A stretch of 64,000 bases of DNA from an uncultured Eubacteriales bacterium (GCA_948695535.1 CAPRTS010000004.1:37608-101607); one strand, 5' to 3'. Positions 21,046-31,287 are shown, counted from the first letter of the stretch. The notes: generated from the sequence alone by a model not told the origin. Numbers and translations: made by a program.

Positions 21046-21521
21046 AGCGTGTGGTCTTTGATGGCTTGTACGGCCATTTCGTCGCAGCGATTGTTATAAA
21101 CGTTAGTGCTGTGGCCTTTGACCCAAGTGTAACGCGGGTGGTATTTTTGGTTAAGTGCTAATAGTTGTTCCCAAAGGTCACGGTTGGCCACGGGTTTTTT
21201 AGCGGTATTTCGCCAACCTTTATTCTGCCAATTAGTTAACCAGTTCTGGTTAACCGCATCGACAATGTATTTACTGTCGGTATAAACGGTAATGGGTACT
21301 TGGTTGGTTTTCAAAGATGACAGCCCGGTAATTACCGCCGTTAATTCCATACGGTTGTTAGTAGTATCCGCTACAAAGCCTGATAACTCTTTTTTTTGGT
21401 CACGGTACAGTAACACCACGCCCCAGCCACCGGGCCCGGGATTGCCACTGCACGCACCGTCAGTATAGATCGCAATTTCGTCCATTGACGCAGTGTAGCC
21501 CGAATCTGGGCGTTTGGGCAA
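21042..21521 (-). CDS. rnhA: ribonuclease HI
   Basis: IYTDGACSGNPGPGGWG, TNNRMEL, YTDSKY, and WVKGH...N..D, typical of RNase H type 1. Confidence 0.9.
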   Translation of the reverse strand: MPKRPDSGYTASMDEIAIYTDGACSGNPGPGGWGVVLLYRDQKKELSGFVADTTNNRMELTAVITGLSSLKTNQVPITVYTDSKYIVDAVNQNWLTNWQNKGWRNTAKKPVANRDLWEQLLALNQKYHPRYTWVKGHSTNVYNNRCDEMAVQAIKDHTL

Positions 21522-21529
21522 TGAAATAT

Positions 21530-23047
21530 TTAGAAATCACGGCGACGAAAATTATGAATCAATTGCCAATATAAATAAATTGTAATTAGCGACATTACGG
21601 GCAAGGTGTACCATAAGTTGCTACCAACTGGGGTCGGTGAGATAAATAAGGTCGCGCCAAAGTAACGCATGAAGTCTAAGGCTTGCCAGGGAAAGAAACG
21701 GTAAAAAGCGAAATAACCTAACAGGCTGTTGCCCAAGATTACCGCTACGACAATGGCGAAAACTGAACCGACGATAACGAATGGCTTAGTTTTGGCAAAC
21801 GATAAAATGCCGGTCAAGGCGATAAATGGTAATATCTTGAAAAGCAGACTTAATAGGTACAAAACGAAATAGTTAATGGCGGACATCACGGTCGGAGTCG
21901 TGCCGTTAAACAAGAATAAAATGTCAGTCGTAACGGTACCTTGAAAAAACAACCACCCACTAAATAGATAGAGCATAGTAAATAGCAGTAGACCAATTAC
22001 TGCCATAGTTAATACAACCATGGTTTTGGTTAAGATCATCAAAGAGCGGTTCTTAGTAGCAGCCACCGCAGTAATAATTGTGTTTTGATAAGTGTCGGTA
22101 AAAAATGTTGCCGTCGCCACAATAATAACTAACAATAGCAACGGAATCATCGCCATTTCTAAATTAGTAAAAACAAAATCTAACAAACTGACTTTCGTCC
22201 TATTATTATATATTTTGCCGAAGGTAAAGGGTTGGGCAAAGTCTTGATTCGGGTGGTTAAGACGATATTCGGCGGTAAGTGCGGTTTGGGTACTGGTGTC
22301 TGCGTCTTGGTAATCGTTAAAACCGTCGTAGGTATTTAGATTTTGTTCGTGGGGCGTATTTTGGTCAATACTTACCCAGTAGCGGTTAAGTGCGTAAGCG
22401 TAAGCAACAGTATAGTCTTGCTCGGGAACGCCTGCGGGATAGGTGGTGAAAAAGTCTTGCAAGGCCGTTAAATCGTTATCGGCTAGGATTTGAATTTGCA
22501 AATTGTCTAAGGTGGTGAACATTGTCGCTTCAACTTCGGCGTTAACTTCTAAGCCGTCCCGAATGGCCTTAGCCGTTGATAATTCAGGTACAAAAAATTT
22601 ATGTAAACGCAGCAAGGTCGCGTTAAGTTCGGTTACCGTGTTGGCTTTTAGTAATAAATAATCGGCTACCTTATTATTTTCGTCAGTGTAAATGAATTGG
22701 TGGTAATAATCGCTATAAAAATGTTTAAACTTTTCACCGGCAGTTTTGTATTCGTTAACCAGTACTGCGTCGGTAACGATTGGCGTATCGGCATTTAACC
22801 GTTTGTAAGCAGTGTAAAAATCGTCAAAAGCGTTTTTGATTGCTACTTGGCGATTATTATCCCAATCAGCAATTTTACTGGCTAATGCTGAATATTCTGC
22901 ACTGACGTCAACCGGGGGCGTGGGCGCGTGATTCAAAACTAAACCAGAAATTAACAAGGTAACCGTCGCCACCCCCACGACGCAAATTAGTAACAGAAGT
23001 GGTGACACACGACGACAAACTTTTTTGAATTCGTAACCAAAAAGCAT
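21530..23047 (-). CDS. multi-pass membrane protein (ABC-2-permease-like topology)
   Basis: 505 aa: N-terminal TM, ~270-aa soluble loop, then ~5 C-terminal TMs. GGGGGA SD. Confidence 0.5.
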   Translation of the reverse strand: MLFGYEFKKVCRRVSPLLLLICVVGVATVTLLISGLVLNHAPTPPVDVSAEYSALASKIADWDNNRQVAIKNAFDDFYTAYKRLNADTPIVTDAVLVNEYKTAGEKFKHFYSDYYHQFIYTDENNKVADYLLLKANTVTELNATLLRLHKFFVPELSTAKAIRDGLEVNAEVEATMFTTLDNLQIQILADNDLTALQDFFTTYPAGVPEQDYTVAYAYALNRYWVSIDQNTPHEQNLNTYDGFNDYQDADTSTQTALTAEYRLNHPNQDFAQPFTFGKIYNNRTKVSLLDFVFTNLEMAMIPLLLLVIIVATATFFTDTYQNTIITAVAATKNRSLMILTKTMVVLTMAVIGLLLFTMLYLFSGWLFFQGTVTTDILFLFNGTTPTVMSAINYFVLYLLSLLFKILPFIALTGILSFAKTKPFVIVGSVFAIVVAVILGNSLLGYFAFYRFFPWQALDFMRYFGATLFISPTPVGSNLWYTLPVMSLITIYLYWQLIHNFRRRDF

Positions 23048-23094
23048 TTATTCCCCCATAAACAAATTCTGCCATATTTTAATATATTATTGAT

Positions 23095-24021
23095 ATGTTA
23101 ACAACTAAAATTGCCATTGTCGGTGCAACGGGACTGGTCGGACAAATGATAATTAAAGTCTTGCAGGAGCGTAAAATTGTTGGCGAATATTTTTTGTTTG
23201 CTGGATCAAAGCATGCTGGTGATAAAATTATTATTAACGGTGATGAATATGTTACTGAGACTTTAACTACGGAACGCGTACAAGAAATCAAGGCTGATTT
23301 TGCATTGTTTGCGGCGAGTGCTGATGTCGCTGCTGAATGGGCGCCAATTTTTGTAGCAGCGGGAACTACGGTAATTGATAACAGCAGCCATTACCGCATG
23401 GATCCTACCGTGCCTTTAATTGTTCCGGAAATTAACTTAACGTCAATTGGTAACGCTAAATTGATTGCTAACCCTAATTGTTCGACGATAGGAGCAGTGG
23501 TGGCCTTAGCCCCGTTAGATCGCGTCTATCGCATTAAACGTATCGTTTACGCTACTTACCAAGCCATCAGTGGCGCGGGTAGTAAGCCACAATTCCCGCA
23601 GCCAATTATCAATAATGTGTTGCCGGAAATAGACGTATTTATGCCTGATGGCAGTACTAAGGAAGAAACAAAAATGATTAACGAAACAAAAAAAATTTTG
23701 GGACGTACCGATTTAGCAGTAACGGCAACGGCCGCCCGAGTACCCGTGGCTAATTGTCATTGCGTTGCGATCAACGTTGAGTTTGAACGGGAATTTGATT
23801 TGGCTGATGTCAAAAGTATCTTATCGCAAGCGGCGGGTGTAGTTTGGTGTGATGATTACGCAGTGCCGACCCAAGTTGATGGTCAAGATGCTGTTTATGT
23901 GGGACGAGTACGCCGTGATCTTGATCATCCGCGGACTTTAAATTTGTGGACGGTCAGCGATAATTTACGCAAAGGCGCCGCCACTAATGCTGTACAAATT
24001 ATGGAGTCGTTACTTGCTTGA
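23095..24021 (+). CDS. asd: aspartate-semialdehyde dehydrogenase
   Basis: IAIVGATGLVGQ, active-site NPNCSTI, and ISGAG. 308 aa. Confidence 0.9.
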   Translation: MLTTKIAIVGATGLVGQMIIKVLQERKIVGEYFLFAGSKHAGDKIIINGDEYVTETLTTERVQEIKADFALFAASADVAAEWAPIFVAAGTTVIDNSSHYRMDPTVPLIVPEINLTSIGNAKLIANPNCSTIGAVVALAPLDRVYRIKRIVYATYQAISGAGSKPQFPQPIINNVLPEIDVFMPDGSTKEETKMINETKKILGRTDLAVTATAARVPVANCHCVAINVEFEREFDLADVKSILSQAAGVVWCDDYAVPTQVDGQDAVYVGRVRRDLDHPRTLNLWTVSDNLRKGAATNAVQIMESLLA

Positions 24022-24160
24022 CTGTTTAATTATTGATTTATGTGTTGGTGTGTCTTTTGTTGTCGTAACCGCATTAGTGACAATTTTCCTAATAAAAAAG
24101 TAAAATTCGTCAATATTCGGCAACGGCAGTGGTTTATCCTTCGGGTAAGGAGGGAAAACC

Positions 24161-24478
24161 ATGGAAGTTTTAACCAAAACACACCGTAACATCTTGTACA
24201 TCTCCTTAAACGGCGAGTTAGACGAAAAAACCGCGGAATACACGCGGTTAGCATTGGAAAAATGTATGTTACAAGCGAATGCGGGACAAATCGTGATTGA
24301 TTTGGCCAATTTGTCGTTTATGGATTCAACCGGTATTGGCGTACTTATAGGTCGCTACAAAAAAATGAAGGACCGGGGTATACCAATTTTTATTTCTAAT
24401 CCGTCGGTACAGGCGGAACGTATTTTTAACATGACTGGGCTATATAAAATTATGCCCAAAATAAAAGGGGCAATATAA
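24161..24478 (+). CDS. spoIIAA: anti-sigma-F factor antagonist SpoIIAA (STAS)
   Basis: 105-aa STAS protein with the phospho-site context LSFMDSTGIGVLIG. First gene of the AA-AB-sigF triad. AAGGAGG SD. Confidence 0.85.
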   Translation: MEVLTKTHRNILYISLNGELDEKTAEYTRLALEKCMLQANAGQIVIDLANLSFMDSTGIGVLIGRYKKMKDRGIPIFISNPSVQAERIFNMTGLYKIMPKIKGAI

Positions 24479-24942
24479 TGAATAAAAAAATTATTAATAC
24501 AATGTCAATTAAAATTCCCGCAAAAAGCGAAAACGAATCGTTTGCTCGTGCAGTGGTAGCAGCCTTTTGTAGTAGTCTTGACCCGACAGTGGATGAAATC
24601 AGTGATTTAAAAACGGCGGTTAGTGAAGCCGTTACTAACTGTGTGGTTCACGCTTACCAAAAACGTCAAAGTAATGAGGATCTAATTGCTTTAGATTGTG
24701 AACTTTATGAAGATATGGTGCGGGTCAAAATTGCCGATCACGGAGTGGGAATTACTGATATCAATCAAGCGATGCAACCTTTTTATACTACGGTGCAAGA
24801 CGGTGAGCGCAGTGGTATGGGGTTTACGGTTATGCAAAGTTTTATGGACGAGATATCGGTCAATAATAACGACGGGGGCGGAACAGTGGTAACGATGATT
24901 AAAAATTTTACTAAGGAAGCGGAAAAAGTCAGTGGGGAATGA
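24478..24942 (+). CDS. spoIIAB: anti-sigma-F factor SpoIIAB (Ser kinase)
   Basis: HATPase_c motifs (EAVTNCVVHAY, DHGVGI, GMGFTVM). Overlapping start. Confidence 0.85.
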   Translation: MNKKIINTMSIKIPAKSENESFARAVVAAFCSSLDPTVDEISDLKTAVSEAVTNCVVHAYQKRQSNEDLIALDCELYEDMVRVKIADHGVGITDINQAMQPFYTTVQDGERSGMGFTVMQSFMDEISVNNNDGGGTVVTMIKNFTKEAEKVSGE

Positions 24943-25682
24943 CCCCGCCGATGGAAGATAAAGTTATAGACTTGGTAATTAAAGCCAAGCATGGTGACAA
25001 AGATGCCAAGCAACAGTTGGTGTTGCAAAACAGCCCCTTGATTAAGTCCTTATTAAAACGCTACATCGGTAAAGGGGTAGAGTACGATGATTTATACCAA
25101 CTAGGTTGTTTGGGCTTTGTTAAAGCAATTAATAAGTTTGACCCACAGTACAAAGTCAAATTTACCACGTACGCTACGCCGTTAATTATAGGCGAAATTA
25201 AACGTTTTTTGCGCGATGATGGTACGATTAAAGTTAGTCGTTCGGTTAAAACGCTGTATGTCAAAATTAAAAAGTTTTTGGCCGAAAAAAGCGGCGACCC
25301 GGTGCCACCAACTGTGGAGGTGATGGCAACAGAATTCGGGGTCAGTAAAGAAGATATAATTTTCGCAATGGAGGCGTCGCACATGCCATTGCCCTTGTTT
25401 AACAATGCTGAAAATGACGATGGCGAAGAAGCGTTAAGTTTGGGTGAGAAAATTGTGGCTGCGGATGACAGCCACTATGTTGACAACTTAATGATTAAAG
25501 ATCTGTTAAGCAAATTACCTAATCGGGAACGCAAGGTTATTTTGTTGCGGTATTATCGCAATGCCACACAAAGCGAAGTGGCTCGGCAGTTGAATTTATC
25601 GCAAGTACAAGTCAGTCGAATTGAACAAAAGGTTTTACGGACGATGCGGGACTATTTTAATGCTGATGAACACGTTATTTAA
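24939..25682 (+). CDS. sigF: sporulation sigma factor SigF
   Basis: Sigma-70 regions 2-4 (DLYQLGCLGFVKAINKFD, YATPLIIGEIKRFLRDDGTIKVSRS, QSEVARQLNLSQVQVSRIE), downstream of spoIIAA/AB. Confidence 0.85.
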   Translation: MTPPMEDKVIDLVIKAKHGDKDAKQQLVLQNSPLIKSLLKRYIGKGVEYDDLYQLGCLGFVKAINKFDPQYKVKFTTYATPLIIGEIKRFLRDDGTIKVSRSVKTLYVKIKKFLAEKSGDPVPPTVEVMATEFGVSKEDIIFAMEASHMPLPLFNNAENDDGEEALSLGEKIVAADDSHYVDNLMIKDLLSKLPNRERKVILLRYYRNATQSEVARQLNLSQVQVSRIEQKVLRTMRDYFNADEHVI

Positions 25683-25696
25683 TTGATAATTAGTGA

Positions 25697-25725
25697 TTGA
25701 CAAATTGGTTGATCTATTTTAATAT
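25697..25725 (+). promoter_or_regulatory. TTGACA-N17-TAATAT promoter, 7 nt before ATG 25733
   Basis: Read directly. The TTG used as ORF-track start at 25697 is the -35 hexamer. Confidence 0.55.
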
Positions 25726-25732
25726 TGTTGTT

Positions 25733-26023
25733 ATGAATGCAATTATTATGCAAGGTGGCAAGCAATATACCGTCAAAAAAGGTGACGAAGTTATTGTCGA
25801 AAAAATTGACGCGGATATCGGTGCCAAAATCACCGTCCCGACTGTTATGACTTTTGATAATGGTAAAATTGATACTAAGCCCGGAAAAATTGATGCCACC
25901 ATCGTGGAACACGGTAAAGGTGAAAAGATTAACGGTTTCAAGTATAAGCCTAAAAATAACGTGCGTAAAAAATTTGGACACCGACAACCCTATACCAAAA
26001 TTAAAATCGGAGGTAATAACTAA
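25733..26023 (+). CDS. rplU: 50S ribosomal protein L21
   Basis: [18 protein letters not shown]... matches the L21 N-terminus. Followed by L27. Confidence 0.9.
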   Translation: MNAIIMQGGKQYTVKKGDEVIVEKIDADIGAKITVPTVMTFDNGKIDTKPGKIDATIVEHGKGEKINGFKYKPKNNVRKKFGHRQPYTKIKIGGNN

Positions 26024-26025
26024 CC

Positions 26026-26274
26026 ATGGCACATCACAAAGGTGGCGGTTCAACTGCTAACGGAAGAGATAGTAATGCTAAACGCTTGGGCGTAAAATTG
26101 GCCGACGGACAACACGCGAAGGCCGGCGCGATTATTGTGCGTCAACGTGGTACCGACGTTAAGCCGGGTGAAAATGTCGGTTGTGGTCACGACCATACTT
26201 TGTTCGCTTTGAAAGAAGGTACAGTACATTTTACGCGTAAAGCGAACGACAAAAAGTTTTGTTCAGTAGAATAA
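26026..26274 (+). CDS. rpmA: 50S ribosomal protein L27 (no N-terminal propeptide)
   Basis: [24 protein letters not shown] is a mature-type L27 N-terminus. Confidence 0.95.
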   Translation: MAHHKGGGSTANGRDSNAKRLGVKLADGQHAKAGAIIVRQRGTDVKPGENVGCGHDHTLFALKEGTVHFTRKANDKKFCSVE

Positions 26275-26302
26275 TCAATCACTAGCAACCATATAGATTG
26301 CT

Positions 26303-26677
26303 ATGGTTAAAAGTGTTTTTAAAGGAGTAATGTACGCAGTCATCAGTACCTTACTCTTTGTTTTATTATTTGCCTTGATAATTAAGTGGGCAAATTTGGG
26401 TAACGTAGTTATTAGACCCGTAATGCAAGTAGTTAAGGTTTTAGGTATCTTTTTAGGGGTGGCGATTGCGTTACGTAAAGCCAAGAGTAAAGGTTGGTTG
26501 TGTGGTGGCTTAGTTGGCATTTTATACATGGTGTTTACTTGCTTAATATTTTCGCTACTGGACGGAAATTTTCAAATCGGCTTTGGCGCTTTAAGTGATT
26601 TGTTGTTCCAAACCTTAGTCGGTGTAGTATCAGCTGTAATTTTACGCATGCGAAATAAAGATGTAGAAGTGGCGTAA
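26303..26677 (+). CDS. small 4-TM membrane protein (TIGR04086/YrzE-like by recollection)
   Basis: 124 aa with four hydrophobic helices. Confidence 0.4.
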   Translation: MVKSVFKGVMYAVISTLLFVLLFALIIKWANLGNVVIRPVMQVVKVLGIFLGVAIALRKAKSKGWLCGGLVGILYMVFTCLIFSLLDGNFQIGFGALSDLLFQTLVGVVSAVILRMRNKDVEVA

Positions 26678-26696
26678 AGTATGTTATAATTATACT

Positions 26697-28781
26697 GTGG
26701 ATAAATTTTTAGTAATTGATGGCAACAGTTTACTGAATCGTGCTTACTATGCTTTTGGTGGGCGGGGTGAAATTGGGGAGTTGAGTTTCGGTGGTATGCC
26801 AACTAACGCGGTGTATGGCTTCTTGAACATGATGATCCGGGCGGCTACCGATTTGCAAGTCAGTCACATCTGTGTGGCTTTTGATATGCGGGCTAAAACT
26901 TTCCGTCACCAAATGTTCGCGGGCTATAAAGCCAATCGGCATAAAATGCCCGAAGATTTGGCTTTGCAGTTTGATCAATTAAAAGATATTTTGCACACGA
27001 TGCAAATTAAAATTTATCAATGTGAAGGTTACGAAGGTGACGATATTGTTGGTACCATTGCGAAACGGGTGACCGACTTAACGGTGATTAACTTAACCGC
27101 GGACCGTGACGGTTTGCAATTGGTGTCACCGAATGTGGAATTACATTTAACCAAGACGGGGGTAACTAACTTAGATGTTTGGACAGAAAATCGCGTCAAG
27201 AAAGTATATGGCGTGACTCCTAAGCAAATGATTGACGTTAAGGCTTTGATGGGTGATAAAAGTGATAATATACCCGGAGCGCCAGGCGTAGGTGAGAAAA
27301 CTGCTTTGGCCTTAATACAACGTTATGGCAGTGTCGAAAGTGTAATTGCTGCCCAAGCCAACAAGAAGGTAAACGATAACGCGGCACTGGTAGAATTGTC
27401 AAAAAAATTAGCAACTATTAATTGCGAAGTACCAATTAAATTTTTAATTGATGATTGTCGATTTATATTTCCGTTTCCCGACGCTGTTAAAACCAAGTTT
27501 GAACAATACGGGTTTAAGAGTCTCCTGCGACGCAATATTTGGCAAAATGGTGTGACTCCCGAAAAACCCTTGGCGGGTGTCTTCGAGGGGGTTCCGGACG
27601 AAAGTAAAACTATTGACCGCGACGTGACCCCGATTCTGCAAACCATGTCAAATAATGGACTGAAAGTTGATGTTGCGGCATTGACGGTTTTAGGGGATCG
27701 TTTAGCAACCGAAATTAAGGCATTGGAAACACGTATTTACGCTTTGGTTGGTGAACCGTTTAACATTAAATCACCGCAGGAATTAAGTGAAGTGCTGCAA
27801 AAAAAATTGGGTGTCAACTTAACAAAGAAAACCAAGACTGGCTTTTCAACTGATGAGGAAGTGCTGACTAAATTAGCACCGACTGTACCATTGGCGGCCG
27901 AAGTGTTGGCTTACCGTGGTAAGCATAAATTGTATTCGACTTACGTCCGTGGTTATGGCAACGCGGTGGACTTAGAAGGTTTAATCCATACCACTTTTAA
28001 TATTGACCGCACGGCCACGGGGCGTTTGTCATCCAGCGAACCAAACCTGCAAAACATTCCCCAACGCAGTGCGGGTAGTGCCGAGTTCCGTAAAATGTTT
28101 GTGTCCCGTTTCCCGCAAGGTAAAATGGTATCAGCAGACTACTCGCAAATCGAATTACGCTTGCTAGCGGCTTTGTCGGGTGAACAGAGCCTGATTGACG
28201 CTTTTAATAATGGGGCAGATATTCACCGGCAAACAGCCACAATTATGTTTGGTGACCCCGAACGGCGCCGTGATGCCAAGGCGGTTAATTTTGGGATTAT
28301 TTACGGAATTTCATCGTTCGGTTTAGCGAAAGATTTGAACTGTTCGTTCCGCGAAGCCGCTGCCGTCATTAACAATTATTTTACAACATTTCCGAAAATT
28401 AAAGAGTTCCTGGATAACTGCGTGGATTCCGCCAAGAAAAATGGTTACGCAGCGACGCTGTTTGGCCGCCGTCGTTATATCCCCGAATTGTACGCCAATA
28501 ATAATAACGTAGTAGCGTTCGCAACGCGGGCGGCAATGAACATGCCAATGCAAGGTACCGCCGCCGACATTATTAAAAAGGCGATGATTAAAATTGACAC
28601 CGAATTCAAAGCACGTGGCTTGAAAAGTTTAATGGTGCTACAAATACACGACGAACTGGTTTTCGACTGCGTACCCGAAGAAGTCGACATTGTCTGCGAG
28701 ATCGCTAAGCGACAAATGGAAAGTGTGGTAGAACTGTCCGTTAAGTTGGACGTAAACATTACCGTTGACGATACGTTATGA
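26697..28781 (+). CDS. polA: DNA polymerase I, short form (5' nuclease + polymerase domains only)
   Basis: N-terminal FEN domain (LVIDGNSLLNRAYYA, GDKSDNIPGAPGVGEKTA). Pol motifs: DYSQIELR, RRDAKAVNFGIIYG, QIHDELVF. 694 aa. GTG start. Confidence 0.9.
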   Translation: MDKFLVIDGNSLLNRAYYAFGGRGEIGELSFGGMPTNAVYGFLNMMIRAATDLQVSHICVAFDMRAKTFRHQMFAGYKANRHKMPEDLALQFDQLKDILHTMQIKIYQCEGYEGDDIVGTIAKRVTDLTVINLTADRDGLQLVSPNVELHLTKTGVTNLDVWTENRVKKVYGVTPKQMIDVKALMGDKSDNIPGAPGVGEKTALALIQRYGSVESVIAAQANKKVNDNAALVELSKKLATINCEVPIKFLIDDCRFIFPFPDAVKTKFEQYGFKSLLRRNIWQNGVTPEKPLAGVFEGVPDESKTIDRDVTPILQTMSNNGLKVDVAALTVLGDRLATEIKALETRIYALVGEPFNIKSPQELSEVLQKKLGVNLTKKTKTGFSTDEEVLTKLAPTVPLAAEVLAYRGKHKLYSTYVRGYGNAVDLEGLIHTTFNIDRTATGRLSSSEPNLQNIPQRSAGSAEFRKMFVSRFPQGKMVSADYSQIELRLLAALSGEQSLIDAFNNGADIHRQTATIMFGDPERRRDAKAVNFGIIYGISSFGLAKDLNCSFREAAAVINNYFTTFPKIKEFLDNCVDSAKKNGYAATLFGRRRYIPELYANNNNVVAFATRAAMNMPMQGTAADIIKKAMIKIDTEFKARGLKSLMVLQIHDELVFDCVPEEVDIVCEIAKRQMESVVELSVKLDVNITVDDTL

Positions 28782-29354
28782 CGCCAAGACTTTGCGGTTT
28801 TGGATTAGGTACACCAACCCCGACAGTAAACAACAAACAGTTTGCAAGCCGATTAAGACGTAGCCAATGATTTGCAAGACCAACAGCCAACTAAGGTCGG
28901 CCGGTAAGCACGGTAACAGCATTAACCATGGTACAGCGATAAAAGCAATCGTGGTTTTAATTTTACCAAACATGTTGGCGGCCATGATTGTGCCCTTGGT
29001 GGCGGCTAACATGCGTAGGCAGTCAATGGCGAAATCGCGAATCAAATTGATAAAGTAAATAATTACGCATGCCCATAACGGTAAAATGTCACTAACCACG
29101 ATTAGGAACAAACCCGTATAGTACAACATCTTGTCGGCGATGGGGTCTAACATTTTGCCGACGTTGCTGACAACATTGTGTTTGCGGGCTAAATGACCGT
29201 CTAGGAAATCAGTAACGGCCGCAACGATATAAATTGTAATTGCTATGATTTTGCTGTACGGGACTAAATCGACCAGATAGAATAAGTAAATTAATGGTAA
29301 TAATAAAATACGGACAGCAGTAATGATGTTGGGAATATGTTTTGACATGGTCAC
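28776..29354 (-). CDS. pgsA: CDP-diacylglycerol--glycerol-3-phosphate 3-phosphatidyltransferase
   Basis: CDP-alcohol phosphatidyltransferase motif DFLDGHLAR...G..LDPIADK. Multi-TM. Confidence 0.85.
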   Translation of the reverse strand: MTMSKHIPNIITAVRILLLPLIYLFYLVDLVPYSKIIAITIYIVAAVTDFLDGHLARKHNVVSNVGKMLDPIADKMLYYTGLFLIVVSDILPLWACVIIYFINLIRDFAIDCLRMLAATKGTIMAANMFGKIKTTIAFIAVPWLMLLPCLPADLSWLLVLQIIGYVLIGLQTVCCLLSGLVYLIQNRKVLAS

Positions 29355-29406
29355 CTCAAAAGAGTATAATCAAATATACTTATTAAAGTAAAGGAGAAAA
29401 TTAACG

Positions 29407-30969
29407 ATGAATGTAGGTGTAGCGATTACCCTCATTATCGTGGCTCTGGTTGTAGGTCTTGGGTTAGGCTACTTGTGTTGCTGGTTCTTTCAATCCAAGG
29501 CGATGAAAAAAAATCGTCAAGCCGCCAGCGAACTGGCGAAAAAGGCCATTAACGAAGCCGCCACGATAAAACAGAAAACCTTGTTGGACGCGCAACAAGA
29601 AGTCCACCAACTGCGCGTGGAATGCGATAACGAAATCCGCGAGCGTCGTGCGGAAATTCAACGTATGGAGTCCCGTATCTTAACGCGGGAAGAGCAACTG
29701 GGCAAACGGGAAGAAAATTTGGAGAACAAGGAACTGGCCTTGGAAAATACGCGTGCGCAAATTGAGAACACTAAGCGCCAAGTCGAAAGCAACTTGCAGG
29801 CTGCCCAGAAGAAAAAAGAAGAGGCCGTGACTAAATTGGAAACGCTGTCGGGATTGACCAAGGCCGAGGCCAAGAAACTGATTATCGACAACTTGACCGA
29901 AGAAGCCAAAGCCGACGCCGTCAAAACGATTCGCGAAATCGAAGAAGACGCCAAAGAAAACGCCGACCAAAAGGCGCGCGAAGTGATTACCAACGCGGTG
30001 CAACGGCTGTCAACCGAAGTCAGCAACGAAATTATGACTTCGACCGTCAATATTTCGGGCGACGAAATTAAAGGCCGTTTGATTGGTAAAGAAGGTCGCA
30101 ATATCCGTGCCATTGAGGCCGCGACCGGTGTGGACTTGATTATCGACGATACGCCCGACGTGATTACCGTTTCGTCGTTCGACCCGTACCGTCGCGAAAT
30201 TGCACGACTGGCACTGGAAAAACTGATTATGGACGGCCGTGTCAATCCCGCCCGTATTGAAGAAATCGTCGAGCGCACTAAAAAAGAATTGGAGCAGAAC
30301 TGCCGTAACGTCGGCGAACACGCGGCCTATGACGCGCGCGTTAACGGTTTGCCCAGTGAAATCATCAAACATTTGGGGCGCTTAAAGTTCCGTTACAGTT
30401 ACGGCCAAAACGTGTTAAAACACAGCGTCGAAGTGTCGCAACTGGCCGGACTGCTGGCGATTGAATTGGGTGCCAACGAACAAGTCTGCCGTCGCGCGGG
30501 CTTACTGCACGACATTGGTAAGGCCACCGACCACGAAGTTGACGGCACGCACGTTTCGATTGGTGTCGATTTGGCGCGCCGTTGCAAAGAAAGTGACGCC
30601 GTGATTCACTGTATCGAGGCTCACCATTTCGACGTGCCGTTCAAGTCGTTGGAAGCCGTCATTGTCCAAGTTGCCGACGCGATCAGTGCTTCGCGTCCGG
30701 GTGCGCGCCGTGAGAATTTGGAAAACTATATTAAACGCCTGCACGATTTGGAAGATATTTGCCAGTCTAAAACCGGCGTGGATAAATGTTACGCGATTTC
30801 GGCCGGCCGGGAAGTGCGCGTGATCGTTAAGCCCGACCAAGTCTCCGACAGCCAAGCCCTGTTCATGGCGAAAGACATTGCCAAAGAAATTGAAAGCAAA
30901 CTGCAATACCCGGGTCAAATCAAAGTCAACGTGATCCGGGAAACCCGCGCCACGGAACTGGCCAAATAA
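29407..30969 (+). CDS. rny: ribonuclease Y
   Basis: N-terminal TM, coiled coil, KH (IGKEGRNIRAIE) and HD domain (LLHDIGKA). Confidence 0.95.
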   Translation: MNVGVAITLIIVALVVGLGLGYLCCWFFQSKAMKKNRQAASELAKKAINEAATIKQKTLLDAQQEVHQLRVECDNEIRERRAEIQRMESRILTREEQLGKREENLENKELALENTRAQIENTKRQVESNLQAAQKKKEEAVTKLETLSGLTKAEAKKLIIDNLTEEAKADAVKTIREIEEDAKENADQKAREVITNAVQRLSTEVSNEIMTSTVNISGDEIKGRLIGKEGRNIRAIEAATGVDLIIDDTPDVITVSSFDPYRREIARLALEKLIMDGRVNPARIEEIVERTKKELEQNCRNVGEHAAYDARVNGLPSEIIKHLGRLKFRYSYGQNVLKHSVEVSQLAGLLAIELGANEQVCRRAGLLHDIGKATDHEVDGTHVSIGVDLARRCKESDAVIHCIEAHHFDVPFKSLEAVIVQVADAISASRPGARRENLENYIKRLHDLEDICQSKTGVDKCYAISAGREVRVIVKPDQVSDSQALFMAKDIAKEIESKLQYPGQIKVNVIRETRATELAK

Positions 30970-30989
30970 CGGGGCAGGATTAACGCATT

Positions 30990-31021
30990 AAAAAAGACCG
31001 TCGTCGTGGCGGTCTTTTCGT
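30990..31021. terminator. bidirectional hairpin terminator between convergent rny and rpsU
   Basis: A-run, then a GACCGTC-GTCGT-GGCGGTC stem-loop, then TTTTCGTTT. Confidence 0.6.
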
Positions 31022-31038
31022 TTGGTGTAGTATCGTGC

Positions 31039-31239
31039 TTAGTACGCGGATTTGCCACGCGCTTCTTTGCGGGCGCGCTTGCGGGCGTTTTCGCTTTTTA
31101 ATTTGCGGGCGACACTGGGCTTGACGTATTCTTCTTTGCGTTTCATGTCCGCCATAATGCCGTCTTTTTGGACTTTGCGTTTGAAGCGTTTTAACGCGTT
31201 TTCCAAACTTTCGTTTTCACCGACGATGACTTGGCTCAC
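31039..31239 (-). CDS. rpsU: 30S ribosomal protein S21
   Basis: [18 protein letters not shown]...[19 protein letters not shown], typical of S21. GTG start with a GGGGTGAG SD. Confidence 0.95.
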   Translation of the reverse strand: MSQVIVGENESLENALKRFKRKVQKDGIMADMKRKEEYVKPSVARKLKSENARKRARKEARGKSAY

Positions 31240-31287
31240 TTTTTCTCACCCCGCTTTTAATTTACAATATTTCTAAAATAGCGTATC

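Noticed and set aside
29658-30278. Long antisense and alternate-frame ORFs inside rny, and similar ones inside mtaB, tgt, galU and the first part of the giant gene
   Set aside because: These are shadow ORFs, typical of locally GC-richer coding sequence. Each is fully contained in a confidently identified gene.
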